NCBI GenBank assembly: GCA_964016885.1
Contig: OZ024743.1
Span: 14,074,001 to 14,138,000, forward strand
Reading direction: 5' to 3'
From: Eledone cirrhosa
Lineage: Eukaryota
DNA: 64,000 bases
Shown: positions 13,822 through 30,621 of the stretch, piece by piece
How positions within the stretch are numbered: the stretch's first letter is position 1
Layout: the number at the start of each line of letters is the position of its first letter
Notes under the pieces: generated by a model
Told to the model about the DNA's origin: nothing
The model's database searches: none
The model's input: the letters and a program-made list of their open reading frames with translations, nothing else
Program-made: the position numbers and the translations under genes

Positions 13822-15710
13822 GCAAATCTAATAAAAAATAAAAAAATAAAAAATAAAATGAATCTAATAAAAAAATATAAATAAAATGAATCTAATAAAA
13901 AAATGAATCTAATAAAAAATAAAAAAATTAAAATAAAAATAAAATGATAACTTAAAAAACAAGGATTCTACAGATATCAATATATTAAAAAATATTAAAA
14001 AAGTTAGAAATAAAAAATAAAAAAAATAAAAATAAAAAAATAAAAAATAAAAAATTTTAAAAAATTTTAAGTCATCCTTAAAAAAATAAAATTTTTTTTT
14101 TTTTTTTAAATTTTAAAAAATCTTTAAAAATTTTGAAATATTATAGAATATTTTAAGCTAAAATAATATGTTTAGTATAGAAATTTATCTTACGTATATT
14201 TTATTCAAGATATTGAAAGGATAAACTTTTCTAGAATAGTTTATTATATTTATAATTATATTCATGAAGAAAATTTATACTTGGGTACTTAACCAAAGAA
14301 AATGAAAAGGTGAAGGAATCTAATGATTTATCGACAGGTTTCGTATATTAACTAAATTATTTAATTAATTAAACTACATTTTAAATTTATGTTTATATTT
14401 AAACGTTGAGTTCATTCTATGTCTGCAGCAACTGAATAAATTATTCCTTAAATTAAGGGAATGTTTGGTCTTTAATATAAAAAATATTTCCTCTATACAA
14501 AGATCACAATTTTCAGAAGAGGAATTAAAAGGAGTAGCTTTTGAAATAATATTCCAAATCAGCGAATATTCACATTATCTCGTTTTAGGTCCCATAATAG
14601 GCTAGATAGCGAAGTTGAAGATTTTTTGTTTGGATCTGTAAAATAATTTTTATGATTATTGAAGCGGGATTTAAATTCTGTAGAGGTAGAACCGACATAG
14701 TTAAATGAATTTAAATTAGTTTTATCATTACAATTATAAACTACATTTTTAGCTAAGCAGTTGTTATTTAACGGACAGTTTGATTTATTTCTACAGTTAC
14801 AGTCATTCGATTGGATATTGCTTGGGTTATTATTGGTATTTTGGTTAGGTTTTAAATTTCTATTATTAATTCTATTAATATTTTGCGCTAAATTCTTGGT
14901 GGAAGAGTAAGTTAATTTTATAGTATGTCTATTAAAAATTGAGTAATATTTATGTGTTCTAGGGAATCGTTTGTCAAAAGCTTTAAAGAATAGTTTAGCA
15001 ATAAAGGTTTTAATATTTAGTGAGAAAGGAGGAGCGAACCATAATATATTCCTAGTCCAATTTCTTATTCGGCTTTCGGAGTTATTGTAATATTTTCTAT
15101 TATAGTTGTTGAAATTGTTACCATAATTAAAGTTGTTATTATTTTGGTTATTTTGTATATTATTATTATTATCGATGTATTTAATTTAACTTAATATGAC
15201 ATAACTTAAGGTTTTCGTTCTCTCCCCCCTCTCTCTATCTCTACACATCTCTCTCTTGAGTTCTTTCTCTGTCTGATGTTTTGATATCTCCCCGTTATTT
15301 TTCCTCTGTTCTCTTTTCTTTTTGCCTTCTTCTTTTTCTTTATCTATCTTTCCCTTTCTTTTCTCCACGTTTCTCTCTCTCTCCATCTTTTTACTTACTC
15401 TTAACACTACGACTTACTAAAGTAAACAAACCACTATCCGGATGGCCTCCAAAAGCAACGGTCACCTTTTTGAAAGGGTACGTCAATATCTATTTGTAAA
15501 ACTGTTATATATTGTATTTTGTCTGATGAAGGCTTACCATGATTTAACTTGGTATCCTTGAAATATATATAATGAAATAAATATGGTTTTATAAATATAG
15601 TTTCTATTTATTAATATTGTATATCTACTCCAAATATTTGTCGAGTGCTTTATATTAGTTATAATAATATTTGCTTGTTGTATCCCAACAATTTGAATAG
15701 CACTTTTGCA
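13822..15710 (-). mobile_element. 5'-truncated Hydra-like PLE: endonuclease region at ~14380-15180 (-) plus inverted terminal repeat at 15188-15710 (+)
   Basis: Minus strand: WFAPPFSLNIKT, CNCRNKSNCPLNNNCLAKNVVY, YVGSTSTEFKSRFNNHK, CDLCIEE, CCRH. Homologous to 39094-39750. Confidence 0.85.
15515..15579 (+). ncRNA. Type I hammerhead ribozyme with TATATA stem III
   Basis: TATTTTGT-CTGATGA-AGGCTTACCA..TGGTATCCTT-GAAA-TATATA-TA-ATGAAATA. Another copy at 19177-19241. Confidence 0.75.
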
Positions 15711-15723
15711 TATATATATATCA

Positions 15724-15952
15724 CTTTACAAAACCACCTGCCTCTTTGAGGTCAAATACCAACCCTACTACCATCTACATACCTGACCAATGAGAATCAA
15801 GACTATTCCTGCTGACAACATTAGTTTATTCCTAACAAGCTTGTTAGGAATAAACTAATGTTGTCAGCAGGAATAGTCTTGATTCTCATTGGTCAGTTTG
15901 TAGATGGTAGTAGGGTTGGTATTTGACCTCAAAGAGGCAGGTGGTTTTGTAA

Positions 15953-15954
<2 letters not shown>
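15724..15954. repeat. Near-perfect zero-loop palindrome (~115 bp arms) between (TA)n runs
   Basis: Centre AAGCTT at 15837-15842. The arms are complementary except for a small mismatch/indel. Confidence 0.95.
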
Positions 15955-15997
<43 letters not shown>

Positions 15998-16001
<4 letters not shown>

Positions 16002-17897
16002 AAAGTGCTATTCAAATTGTTGGGATACAACAAGCAAATATTATTATAACTAATATAAAGCACTCGACAAATATTTGGAGTAGATATACAATATTAATAA
16101 ATAGAAACTATATTTATAAAACCATATTTATTTCATTATATATATTTCAAGGATACCAAGTTAAATCATGGTATGCCTTAAGTTATGTCATATTAAGTTA
16201 AATTAAATACATCGATAATAATAATAATATACAAAACAAACAAAATAATAACAACTTTAATTATCGTAACAATTTCAACAACTATAATAAAAAATATTAC
16301 AATAACTCCGAAAGCCGAAAAAGAAATAGAACTAGGAATATATTATGGTTCGCTCCTCCTTTCTCACTAAATATTAAAACCTTTATTGCTAAACTATTCT
16401 TTAAAGCTCTTGACAAACGATTCCCTAGAACACATAAATATTACTCAATTTTTAATAGACATACTATAAAATTAACTTACTCTTCCACCAAGAATTTAGC
16501 GCAAAATATTAATAGAATTAATAATAGAAATTTAAAACCTAACCAAAATACCAATAATAACCCAAGCAATATTCAATCGAATAACTGTAACTGTAGAAAT
16601 AAATCAAACTGTCCGTTAAATAACAACTGCTTAGCTAAAAATATTATTTCAAAAGCTACTCCTTTTAATTCCTCTTCTGAAAATTGTGATCTTTGTATAG
16701 AGGAAATATTTTTTATATTAAAGACCAAACATTCCCTTAATTTAAGGAATAATTTATTCAGTTGCTGCTGACATAGATTGAACTCAACGCTTAAATATAA
16801 ACATAAATTTAAAATGTAGTTTAATTAATTAAATAATTTAGTTAATATACGAAACCTGTCGATAAATTATTGGATTCCGTCACCTTTTTCATTTCTTTGG
16901 TTAAGTACCCAAGTATAAATGTTCTTCATGAATATAATTATAAATATAATAAACTATTCTAGAAAAGTTTATCCTTTCAATATCTTGAATAAAATATACG
17001 TAAGATAAATTTCTATACTAAACATATTATTTTAGCATAAAATATTCTATATTTTAAAATTTTTTAAGATTTTTTAAAATTTAAAAAAAAAATTTTTTCT
17101 TTAATTTTTTTTAAGGATGTTTTAAAATTTTTTTAATTTTTTATTTTTTTAATTTTTTTATTTTTATTTTTTTTATTTTTCATTTATTTTTTTTTTTTAT
17201 ATTTTTTTATATATTGATATCTGTAGAATCCTTGTTTTTTAAGTTATAATATTTTATTTTTATTTTTATTTTTATTTTAATTTTTTTATCTTTTTATTAG
17301 ATTCATTTTTTTATTAGATTCATTTTATTTATATTTTTTTATTAGATTCATATATTTTTTTATTAGATTCATTTTATTTTTTATTTTTTATTTTTTAATT
17401 TTTAATTTTATTTATTTTTTATTTATTTTTTATTTTTTATTTTTTATTTTTTATTTTTTATTTTTTATTTTTTATTTTTTATTTTTTATTTTTTATTTTT
17501 TATTTTATATTTTTTATTTTTTATTTTTTATTTTTTATTTTTTATTTTTTATTTTTTATTTTTTATTTTTTATTTTTTATTTTTTATTTTTTATTTTTTA
17601 TTTTTTATTTTTTATTTTTTATTTTTTATTTTTTATTTTTTATTTTTTATTATTTTTTATTTTTTATTTTTTATTTTTTATTTTTTATTTTTTATTTTTT
17701 ATTTTTTATTTTTTATTTTTTTTTTTTTTTTATTTATTTATTTATTTATTTTTTTTTTTTTTAACTTTTTTATTATTTTTTTTTATTATTTTTTATTATT
17801 TTTTTTTTATTTTTTTTTTATTTTTTATTTTTTATTTTTTTATTTTTTTTTTTATTAGATTTGTTTTTATTCTGATAGCTTCTCATAATTTTTATTA

Positions 17898-17929
<32 letters not shown>

Positions 17930-19008
17930 TTCTGATAGCTTCTCATAATTTTCAAAAGTTTGTCCTTTCAATGTCTTGATTAAAATATACGTAAGATAAA
18001 TTTCTATGCTAAATATATTAAACATATTATTTTAACTTGAAATATTCTATAATATTTTGGGATATTTTAGTATTTTGATGTTTGTAGAATTCGTTTGCCT
18101 TTTAAGTTATATTGATATAATTATATTTCTAAAATATAATCCTTTTGTATTTTATATACTCAATTGTACTATGTTATATATTGATGTATACTTATGTATA
18201 TGTACGGCTTATGTATCTATATGTGTGTGTTGACATACATATACATGTGTTATATGTTTTTTGTGATTATATGTCTGTCTGTATATATGCATGAGTGACG
18301 CGTGTATACCAATTGAAGATGCACACACGTATCTATTCATGTATAGCTAAGAATTATGGGTGTGAATGTACAGGCTTACACATGTAGCTTTTGATTGCAG
18401 ATATGCATAATTTAACAGCCATAAATGCAGAAAAGTTAATCCTATATATTTATATATATATACTAATTTTTTTAAATTAATAACACAAGGAGTGTATAGC
18501 AATAAAGAAAAAATCACTTATGCTTTGTATGTATACATTATATTTGGGAGTAGATATAATGTGTATTTTCTGAGTGAGTGAGTATATATATATATATTTA
18601 TGTACCTTTGCCTATGTGTATGTGATATACGATAGATAATCTCTCTAGCAATATATATATTTTATAATTTTTAAATTCTAATTTTTAATATATTGATTTC
18701 AATTTTTAAACTAAATATATAATCATAATTAAACAATGTGTAATTTCTCATATTATATATCTATATTCCATTCACGAATATTAATATTTCTAATTTTATT
18801 TATTCATTTCATCTCAATTGTTAACTCAACTTAATATGACATAACTTAAGGTTTTCGTTCTCTCCCCCCTCTCTCTATCTCTACATATATCTCTCTTGAG
18901 TTCTTTCTCTGTCTGATGTTTTGATATCTCCCCGTTATTTTTCCTCTGTTCTCTTTTCTTTTTGCTTTCTTCTTTTTCTTTATCTATCTTTCCCTTTCTT
19001 TTCTCCAC

Positions 19009-19049
<41 letters not shown>

Positions 19050-19282
19050 TTTTTACTTACTCTTAACACTATGACTTACTAAAATAAACAAACCACTATC
19101 CGGATGGCCTCCAAAAGCAACGGTCACCTTTTTGAAAGGGTACGTCAATATCTATTTGTAAAACTGTTATATATTATATTTTGTCTGATGAAGGCATACC
19201 ATGATTTAACTTGGTATCCCTGAAATATATATAATGAAATAAATATGGTTTTATAATTATAGTTTCCATTTATTAATATTGT
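15998..19282 (+). mobile_element. 5'-truncated Hydra-like PLE: inverted terminal piece, endonuclease remnant, long low-complexity 3' UTR and terminal repeat
   Basis: 16200-16820 mirrors 14380-15190 with an internal deletion at ~16640. 18828-19282 is a direct copy of 15188-15621, with a hammerhead at 19177-19241. Confidence 0.85.
17380..17860 (+). repeat. (TTTTTTA)n low-complexity tract inside the PLE 3' UTR
   Basis: Direct reading of the sequence. Confidence 0.9.
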
Positions 19283-19304
19283 ATATATATATATATATTG
19301 TAAA

Positions 19305-19360
<56 letters not shown>

Positions 19361-19362
<2 letters not shown>

Positions 19363-19738
19363 GATATTAAATAAATGGAAACTATATTTGTAAAACCATA
19401 TTCATTCTATTATATATATTTCAAGAGTAGCAAAATTTGGTACGCTCACGGATGATCTTAACGGTTCAAGTTTTTACTGGAAAAACGTGAACCGTTAAGA
19501 TCTTCTTCTTGGTTATGTCAAAATTTATAAAACAAACTCTGTATTTTATCTGATGAGTGCGTACCAATATTTTGGTACCCTTGAAATATATATAATAGAA
19601 TACATATCGCTTTATAAATATAGTTTCCATTAATTTAATATCATTGAATATTATACTCCAGAAAACTTGTCGAGTGCTTTGAATCCGTTATGAACATTTA
19701 CATTTTTTGAATTACCAACAAATTAATTTTCACTTTTG

Positions 19739-19741
<3 letters not shown>
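19361..19741 (+). mobile_element. Short fold-back terminal-repeat insertion (Hydra-like subfamily) with hammerhead at 19541-19603
   Basis: GTATTTTAT-CTGATGA-..GTACCAA TAT TTTGGTAC..-GAAA-TATATA-TA-ATAGAATAC (9 bp stem I). Left arm is inverted, with ~95 nt tail on the right. Confidence 0.8.
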
Positions 19742-19806
<65 letters not shown>

Positions 19807-19807
<1 letters not shown>

Positions 19808-20286
19808 AGATAAGCAGAACAAGCAAAATTTAACCAATTTTTTAAAATAAATTAAAAAATATAATTTAAATATTTACCTACTCTCAGTCGCTCTTACCGA
19901 TCGGTTTCCCTTTGCAAAACATCAGAAATCCATTGGATTTCTAATGGAAAAGCAAAGTTCATCAGAGAAGCATTTTCCTTTCCTAGGGCTAAAGTCCCAG
20001 GAACGGCAAAATATATTGCCATCTGCCAGCTAGCACAGATCGAGTGATGTCGAAAAATGACCTGCACATGAACCAGTCCGTAGCAAAAGCGGAAGTAAAA
20101 CATAGCAGCTAAATAGAACAACACATTTGTTCTCTACATAACGGAGAATATTAAAAGAAGTTAATATGCCCACGGGTACTAAGTACCCCTGGAAATATAT
20201 AGGTTGTCTATGATTCAGGGTTGTTCAATGATATTAATTTGACATACCAGAACTATAATATTAAGATAAGCAGAACAAGCAAAATT

Positions 20287-20289
<3 letters not shown>
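19807..20289. mobile_element. ~456 bp non-coding unit with 27 bp terminal direct repeat in (TA)n
   Basis: AAGATAAGCAGAACAAGCAAAATTTAA at 19807 and 20263. Hammerhead-like remnant GGGTAC TAA GTACCC CTG GAAA TATATA GG at ~20174-20203. Confidence 0.6.
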
Positions 20290-20336
<47 letters not shown>

Positions 20337-20729
20337 AAAGAAGTTAATATGCCGATGGGCATATATATATATACATATGTATAACCATCGATTGACATTA
20401 GAACCACCCACCTTCCTTCAAACAGAAAACCAACATGTTACAAAATATATATATTTCGGCAGTATCTACAAAGCACATAATGAATACCAAATTCCATAAG
20501 GCAAGCGTATTCAACTATCAACTGGTTCATAAAACATTTCGAGAGAATTCAGATGTATTATGAACCTGTTTACTGCACAGATAATGGGTGGTACACGAGT
20601 CTGAAACATTTCAAAGACGAGATCTGCAAGGGCAAACAGATGAGGGCAATTACAAAGAAAGTTAGTGGCTGTATTTGAAGAGAATATAAGAGTGCATACA
20701 TAAAGTATAATAAGTCGATATTAATTGAG

Positions 20730-21041
20730 CGGTTCAAATCACTTCGAGGTTAACTTTACCTTTCATACTTACGGGGTCTATAAAATAAAGTATCAGTAAT
20801 GCACTGGGGTAATTGCTGGCCTTGTGCCAAAAGTAGAAACAATTATTAGAGCGGTTGATTGGTAGTCTCTGTAGAGCGTCAGACACCATGTTTGCGACTT
20901 AGAGTTATGGCCCTTTACCTCCTGATTTCAAATCCCCCCGAGGATAAACTTGCCTTTCAACAATACGGTATTGATAAAATAAAGTACCAGTAATGGCCTT
21001 GGGTAATTACTAGCCCTGTGCCAATATTAGAAACAGTTATT
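20730..21041 (+). mobile_element. Two tandem diverged copies of the tRNA-derived SINE
   Basis: Core and 3' end TGTGCCAA..TAGAAACA repeated (20730-20847 truncated, 20850-21041 full). Confidence 0.8.
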
Positions 21042-21879
21042 AGAGAAGAGTTGGTGAGTCTGTGAATGGCTCTTGTGTAATACCTACTTTAACGCAGCGT
21101 TTTCTGCAGGAAACAAGTCTATTCGATGAGCCCAGTGATAGGCATGGGTTGTGGAAAGGAAGTAACTATATGGATTTTAGAAACAGCAAATATATTGAAT
21201 CTACGATATGAAATTTGCCCGTATTCGTGGATTGTGAGTGAGAATCTTCCTATCAGCATGGACTGCTTTGCCCGCGTTATAAAGACAGATGTGACATATT
21301 GGAAATATTCAATTTCTACTTCCTAAATAATGTACGCTTTATTAGGATCAGAGGCAAAATAATGCATTATATCTAGGCAGTTTTCTTGGTTCATCGCTAG
21401 GCGTGCTGAAAGAATTATCAAAGTTATGAGCCCGGGTGGGGTGGAAATATTGAGATATACCATAATGAAAATGGAGGTTACAAACGTTTTTGTCCCGTAA
21501 CTGAAAAATGAAAATATGAAAAATATTTTTTTTAAGTGGGTCATTGTTGTAAATATTTTTTTGTTGTTTAGACCAGTGTCATTTTGGACAGATATATAAA
21601 GTAACACTACTACTTTATACGCTAAATCGTAGACTTGTAAGACGGATACTTGTGAGAAGCTGATCAGTTTGAATCGATCTAAAGTGTTCAATAAGACCCA
21701 TCATTAGTATCGCTAGGTGATTAGAGTCTAAAATGTCATCTCTGTAGAAATATTTTTTAAGGTTAACAGGCAGACATGTAAAAGAGCTTCACTTGGCATA
21801 TCCTTTACTTAATACGGCTGCACATGTTATTGATCTTTATGAATATATTGGACGGGAGTGGTGGCAATACGCTCCACTT

Positions 21880-22275
21880 AGCAAAGTCCGTCTTCCACAT
21901 TGAATGGTTTCGATTTACAACCATTTATCCTAACCAAAATAATCGGTCATTCATATAGAGATATCAAGGCAATAAGAATCTCTCCATTGATTCTATATTC
22001 CTGTAGAAGCTATTCCAGCATGTCCCATGGAACGAGGTCATAAGCCTTTTCAGGGTCAGCAAACCTAGAATACACTACTTAGCCACACTCTCAATATTTC
22101 TCAAAGAACTGTTACATTGTGAATATTTACGCATGCGTCCGGAGCAAAACTACACTGTTTATCAGCCAGCTTGGAATCAGCAGTCTCCGTGCATCCGTTT
22201 GGCAGACACTTAATATTGAATTTAGGAGGGAGGTTTAACAAGAAGATACCACTCTAAATGAAGCAATGTCTCTTA
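21880..22275 (-). pseudogene. Highly degenerate RTE-type LINE reverse transcriptase fragment
   Basis: Minus strand: GIFLLNLP, SKLADKQCSF, QFFEKY*EC, FADPEKAYDLVPW..L..LLQEYRING and INGCKSKPFNVEDGL, resembling FVDLEKAYDRVPR of RTE RTs. Confidence 0.75.
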
Positions 22276-22426
22276 TATTTTGAAAATTGCGAATTCACTC
22301 CTGGCTTTGCAGAACATTAAAACTACCTCTAGAACGAAAGGATGCCGAGAGTCGTCGAAAGCACGTGGCGTTATAAGGCGTTTTGCTTGCAAACGAATGG
22401 AATATTAACAATATTATTATAACATT

Positions 22427-22607
22427 AGCAGTATCGGTGGAGGGTCGGACGCCATGCTTTGCAGCATAGAGTTACGGCCCTTTATTATCTGAGTTCAAAT
22501 CCCGCTGAGGTTAACTTTGCCTTTCATCCTTACGGGGTCGATAAAATGAAGTACCAGTAATGTACTGTATAATTGCTGGCCTTGTGCCAAAAGTAGAAAC
22601 AATTATT
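22427..22607 (+). mobile_element. tRNA-derived SINE copy
   Basis: Matches 10047-10232. Confidence 0.85.
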
Positions 22608-24024
22608 ATAACATCATTATTATTCGATTTAAAACTTACGAATGCATTTATATAATTATATATATATATATATTTATTTATTTATTCATATGCACGTATA
22701 CACATTGATACACGCACATACACAAAAACACACACAGAAATAAAGTTATGTATAATGATATTGGAAAAGGATGATGTCCAAATATCATATTAAATGTTTG
22801 TATTTAAAACGAACTTATAGTCTAAATTCATGGCTAACATGTAATAGTGATACAGTTTCGAGTATTGTCTCAGTATGTTGCATCAACATTTCTTTTATTT
22901 CTATTTTAATTTTGCTGTAAAATTTGAACATGATATGTCTAATGTTTATAGATAAATTATGATGTATCGCACAGTTGCTTTCTGAGTGTTGTTTCAACAA
23001 TTTGGTGCATGAATTTGTAGACTCTGTAACTCATGGTAGAAAAAGAAATGCTTTCTGACTTTTTGAATTCACTTTAAAATGTTTTATTATAATTATATTT
23101 TCATTTCACCTCACACACATTATATTCGGGTTCGTACTGCAATTGTAAAGTTAAACTCTCCCCCGGAAGAGAAAATTTTGAGAAATAAATTGGAAGAAAG
23201 CCCAGTAAAATATGATTTACAATGATCTCATCGAATGCGGTATATTTATATTTGCAACCTGCATGTTTATGAGTATTCGTATCTAAACAAATACATTTTT
23301 CTCTGTTTGCAAAAAAAATATTAGTTCAGCTATTTCAGCACCACTCTCTCTCTCTTTCTCCCTCTCTCTCCCTCTCAATATCCCCCTTCTCTCTCTATCT
23401 ATCTCTGCTATCTAACCTTTTCTCTCTGAACCCTCTCGATATATATATATATATATATCTCTGATCTCTCTCGATATATATATATATATATATATATAGG
23501 CGGTTGTGAGTGGATGTGTGGGATGTCTGTGTGAGTGTTTATGTTTTATGGAAATAGGTAACCACGATGGTTTCCATACATTTATATATACTTTATGATT
23601 AGGGTAGGGCAAATATATGTTGTTAGGTTTTCCAATTACTTTAAGTTTTGCAATTATTAAAAAAAGAACATTTTCGACAATACAATGTATTATTATTTAT
23701 TTCTCATAGATGTACATTATGTCAAGCCGTAAATGATTTCCGATACAGAAGTATTGCTCGGATACAGACATATACAGACAATATGTTGTTAAATTTGACA
23801 TACATCTCTTTGTGAAAATTTATGGAGATACTATACCTCTTAGAGTGTTTAGATTTTAGAATTCTTTTAGCAAAAATTTGGGAAATAAATCAAGTACTGT
23901 TTATATTTCAAATATAATTTTCCTCATGAATATTTTGATATATATTTCACGTTTTCTTTCTATTTTGCAGATTTATTTTTGAATATCAAAAATGTAAAAC
24001 TATATTTATATATGTGTGTATCTG

Positions 24025-24060
<36 letters not shown>

Positions 24061-24210
24061 ATAATAATTATTTCTACTTTTTGGCACTAGGCCAGCAATT
24101 AACCAGTGCATTACTGGTACTTTATTTTATCGACCCCCTAAGGATGAAAGGCAAATTTAACCTCTGCGGGATTTGAACTCAGAATGGCAAGGGCCGTAAC
24201 ACTATGTAGT
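24061..24210 (-). mobile_element. tRNA-derived SINE copy, 5' truncated
   Basis: Reverse complement of the SINE core and 3' end. Confidence 0.8.
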
Positions 24211-24302
24211 AATAATAATAAAGAAGATCCCGTTAAGGGTGAAAACAGCGATCCTTTGCTTAAACTTTAATCCGTTATATAAAAAAAAAATATATATATA
24301 CA

Positions 24303-24480
24303 TACAATATATTAACAAATGGAACTATATTTATAAAACTACATTTATTTCAACTATACTAATATAGTTTCCATTTGTTAATATATTGTATTTTTACTCC
24401 AATAATTTGTTGAGTGCTTTATATCAGTTATACAAATATTTGCTTGTTGTAACCCAACAATTTAAATAAAACTTCCTCAT
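24303..24480 (+). mobile_element. Mini fold-back of the Hydra-like family 3' end
   Basis: TACAATATATTAACAAATGGAACTATATT is inverted against AATATAGTTTCCATTTGTTAATATATTGTA, followed by a ~90 nt tail like 12665-12756. Confidence 0.75.
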
Positions 24481-24542
24481 ATATATACATACATATATAT
24501 ATATATATGCATATATATATATAAATATATATATATGCATGC

Positions 24543-24573
<31 letters not shown>

Positions 24574-24631
24574 CACACATATATATATATATATATATAT
24601 ATTTGTATACATATATATGCATATATATTAT

Positions 24632-28035
<3,404 letters not shown>

Positions 28036-28200
28036 TATTATATGTACATACATATATATCGTTATGAATTTTATGAAAAGTGCTCACTACATTTTGAAAT
28101 GTACTCATGATGCACCATTTTCTATAAAAAATGCAATCATTTTGAACAAAAGAGGAGAGTGTTTAATAGAGAGAAAGAGAGTGATATATATATATATATA

Positions 28201-28620
28201 TTTAAAAAATAGAGGCGTGACACACGAGTTGTGATATATTAGTAAAAAGGAAAAGAAAATGCTTACAAATTTTTCCCAGTGAAAAATAATTTAATTAGGA
28301 ATAAGTATAAATTAGTAATAAGTATTAGTTAGTATTCAGTTTTAGTTTTAAGTTTTTACCGGTTGCGCATTTCCAATGCTTTTCAAAAATAGTTCTGAGA
28401 TAGTGCGCTCTTGATTTTTGCTCCAATCTAGAGCAAAAATCACTCACGAGCGCTCTATCTCAAAATTACTATTGAAAAACATTAGAAATGCGCAACCGGT
28501 AAAAACTTAAAACTAAAACTGAACACTAACTAATACTTATTACTAAGTTATACGCACTCCTAATTAAACTATTTTTCACTGAGAAAAATCTGTCAGCATT
28601 TTCTTTTCCTTTTTACTTAT
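28201..28620 (-). mobile_element. Short fold-back copy of the 703-1958 family
   Basis: Arms ~28240-28424 and ~28430-28619. The left tail AAAATAGAGGCGTGACACACGAGTTG matches the reverse complement of 1925-1956. Confidence 0.8.
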
Positions 28621-28716
28621 ATATATATATATATATATCAGATATATATTCCGTCACTCCTTATTTGAAAAATTACTTTGAGTGCTTGAATTGAATTGCA
28701 TCAATATTTACCTTAA

Positions 28717-28818
<102 letters not shown>

Positions 28819-29242
28819 GCAAATCGTACCATCTAACCACTATTTATGTAGGTACATAGTGCCTGTCGAAATATCCATACCCTTTTATAATTTTTCTCCT
28901 TATGTAGAGAACAAAACGTTGTATCGCGCTGCTATTTTTAGCGGCACGATCGACAAGTTTATAATAACCCGCTTTTACTTGTGGCCTATTTTTGCGTGTG
29001 CGTCACTTCAACGGCATGTCAGCATGCGTCGGGCAGTAAGCGAAATATTGACTTACTGTGAGGTTTTGTACCCTTATAGTATGGAAGTAGTTGTCTGAAG
29101 ATCTAATTCTTTCCATCGGAACTTCTCTGGATTTCCAATCTTTTGATTAGTGAAACCGTCGGTAACAGCAATAGAACAGGTGAATATTTAAATCGTTTTT
29201 TAATTCATTTAAAAGATTGTTTGATAATTGCTTGCTCCGCTC

Positions 29243-29316
<74 letters not shown>

Positions 29317-30160
29317 GTATGAATTAACATTATTTACATGACTTTATACAAAACTTAGATTATCTGTGCCAACGTCACCAGACAAATTTAGTAACTCTTT
29401 TGAGGAGAAATCATTTATTGTTAATTAGTAGAATAGACTGAAGAGAGAGTTTCAAATGAAATTACAGCACGTGTCTATGATTAATCATTCTTGACAACCA
29501 TTAACTTTTTCACTGACATCTTAACTAATAGATCACGGTTAATATAAACTATTGGAAATTGTTGTTGTCTGTAATTAATTGATTGAAAATGACATTTCGT
29601 ATATTCCTTTTACATATATGTATGCTCATCTAATATTATTTCTTTTAAATATTATTATTTGTTAAATTCTAAACAAATGAGAGAAACGCTTTCTAACACA
29701 GACACAAAGGCACGCTCATTTGAATGTTGACATCACCTAAGTAATTTATAAGTCTATCTGTACGTATAGGCGCCTTATCGGACTTTAATTGTATATAACA
29801 TATCAATACATGAACATCCAACACAACTGAAGGAAGCATTTATAGAATTGTCATCTGTAAGCGGATAACGTCTTTATATACACAAATACTAATTACATAA
29901 GAACAACAGCGAAAGGCTACGAAAAAATGTAAATTCCTCAGAATGATGAAGACTGCATAAGAAATATCATTAAACGTGGTTCTGTCTTTGCGCGTAATTG
30001 TTTTTCACCGCTCCTATTAATGACGTATCTTAGTCGTTTTTTCCCGTTCTTTGCCAGAGAACGTTTCCACGAACCAAAGTATCGTCTCCCTGTCTTCCTC
30101 CGGTTGCAACGTTTTTTGAAATATCCAGTTCTGCATTTAAAGATTGACTTTGTTAGTTTC

Positions 30161-30315
30161 AGAAGATCCCGTTAAGGGTGAAAGCAGCGATTCTTTGCTT
30201 AAACTTTAATCTGTTATTTTAATAAATATTTGGTCTACGGTTCTTATATATTTGATATATATTTATCCTTATCGAGCCCTCTTTGGATTTTAGTCTTGAA
30301 ATGTATTATTATTAC

Positions 30316-30318
<3 letters not shown>
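30161..30318 (+). mobile_element. 3' terminal fragment with truncated hammerhead (GAAGA-TCCC GTTA AGGG-TGAAA)
   Basis: Co-linear reference copy for the 3052, 24221, 30550 and 61385 fragments. Ends in (TA)n. Confidence 0.65.
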
Positions 30319-30349
<31 letters not shown>

Positions 30350-30431
30350 CAGAGAGAGAGGAAGAGAAAGAGAGAGAGAGTTAAAAGGCCTCACCCTAAG
30401 GCTGAGCTCAGCCTTCCTTCAATAACCTCTC

Positions 30432-30513
<82 letters not shown>

Positions 30514-30621
30514 TATACATATTTACATATATGTATATATATATATATTTATTAAAATAACAGATTCAAGTTTAATTCTTCAAATTTATTATTATTACTA
30601 TATATATATATATATATATAT

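Noticed and set aside
17380-17860. Possible telomeric array
   Set aside because: The unit is TTTTTTA without G, lies inside a PLE UTR, and is not TTAGGG-like.
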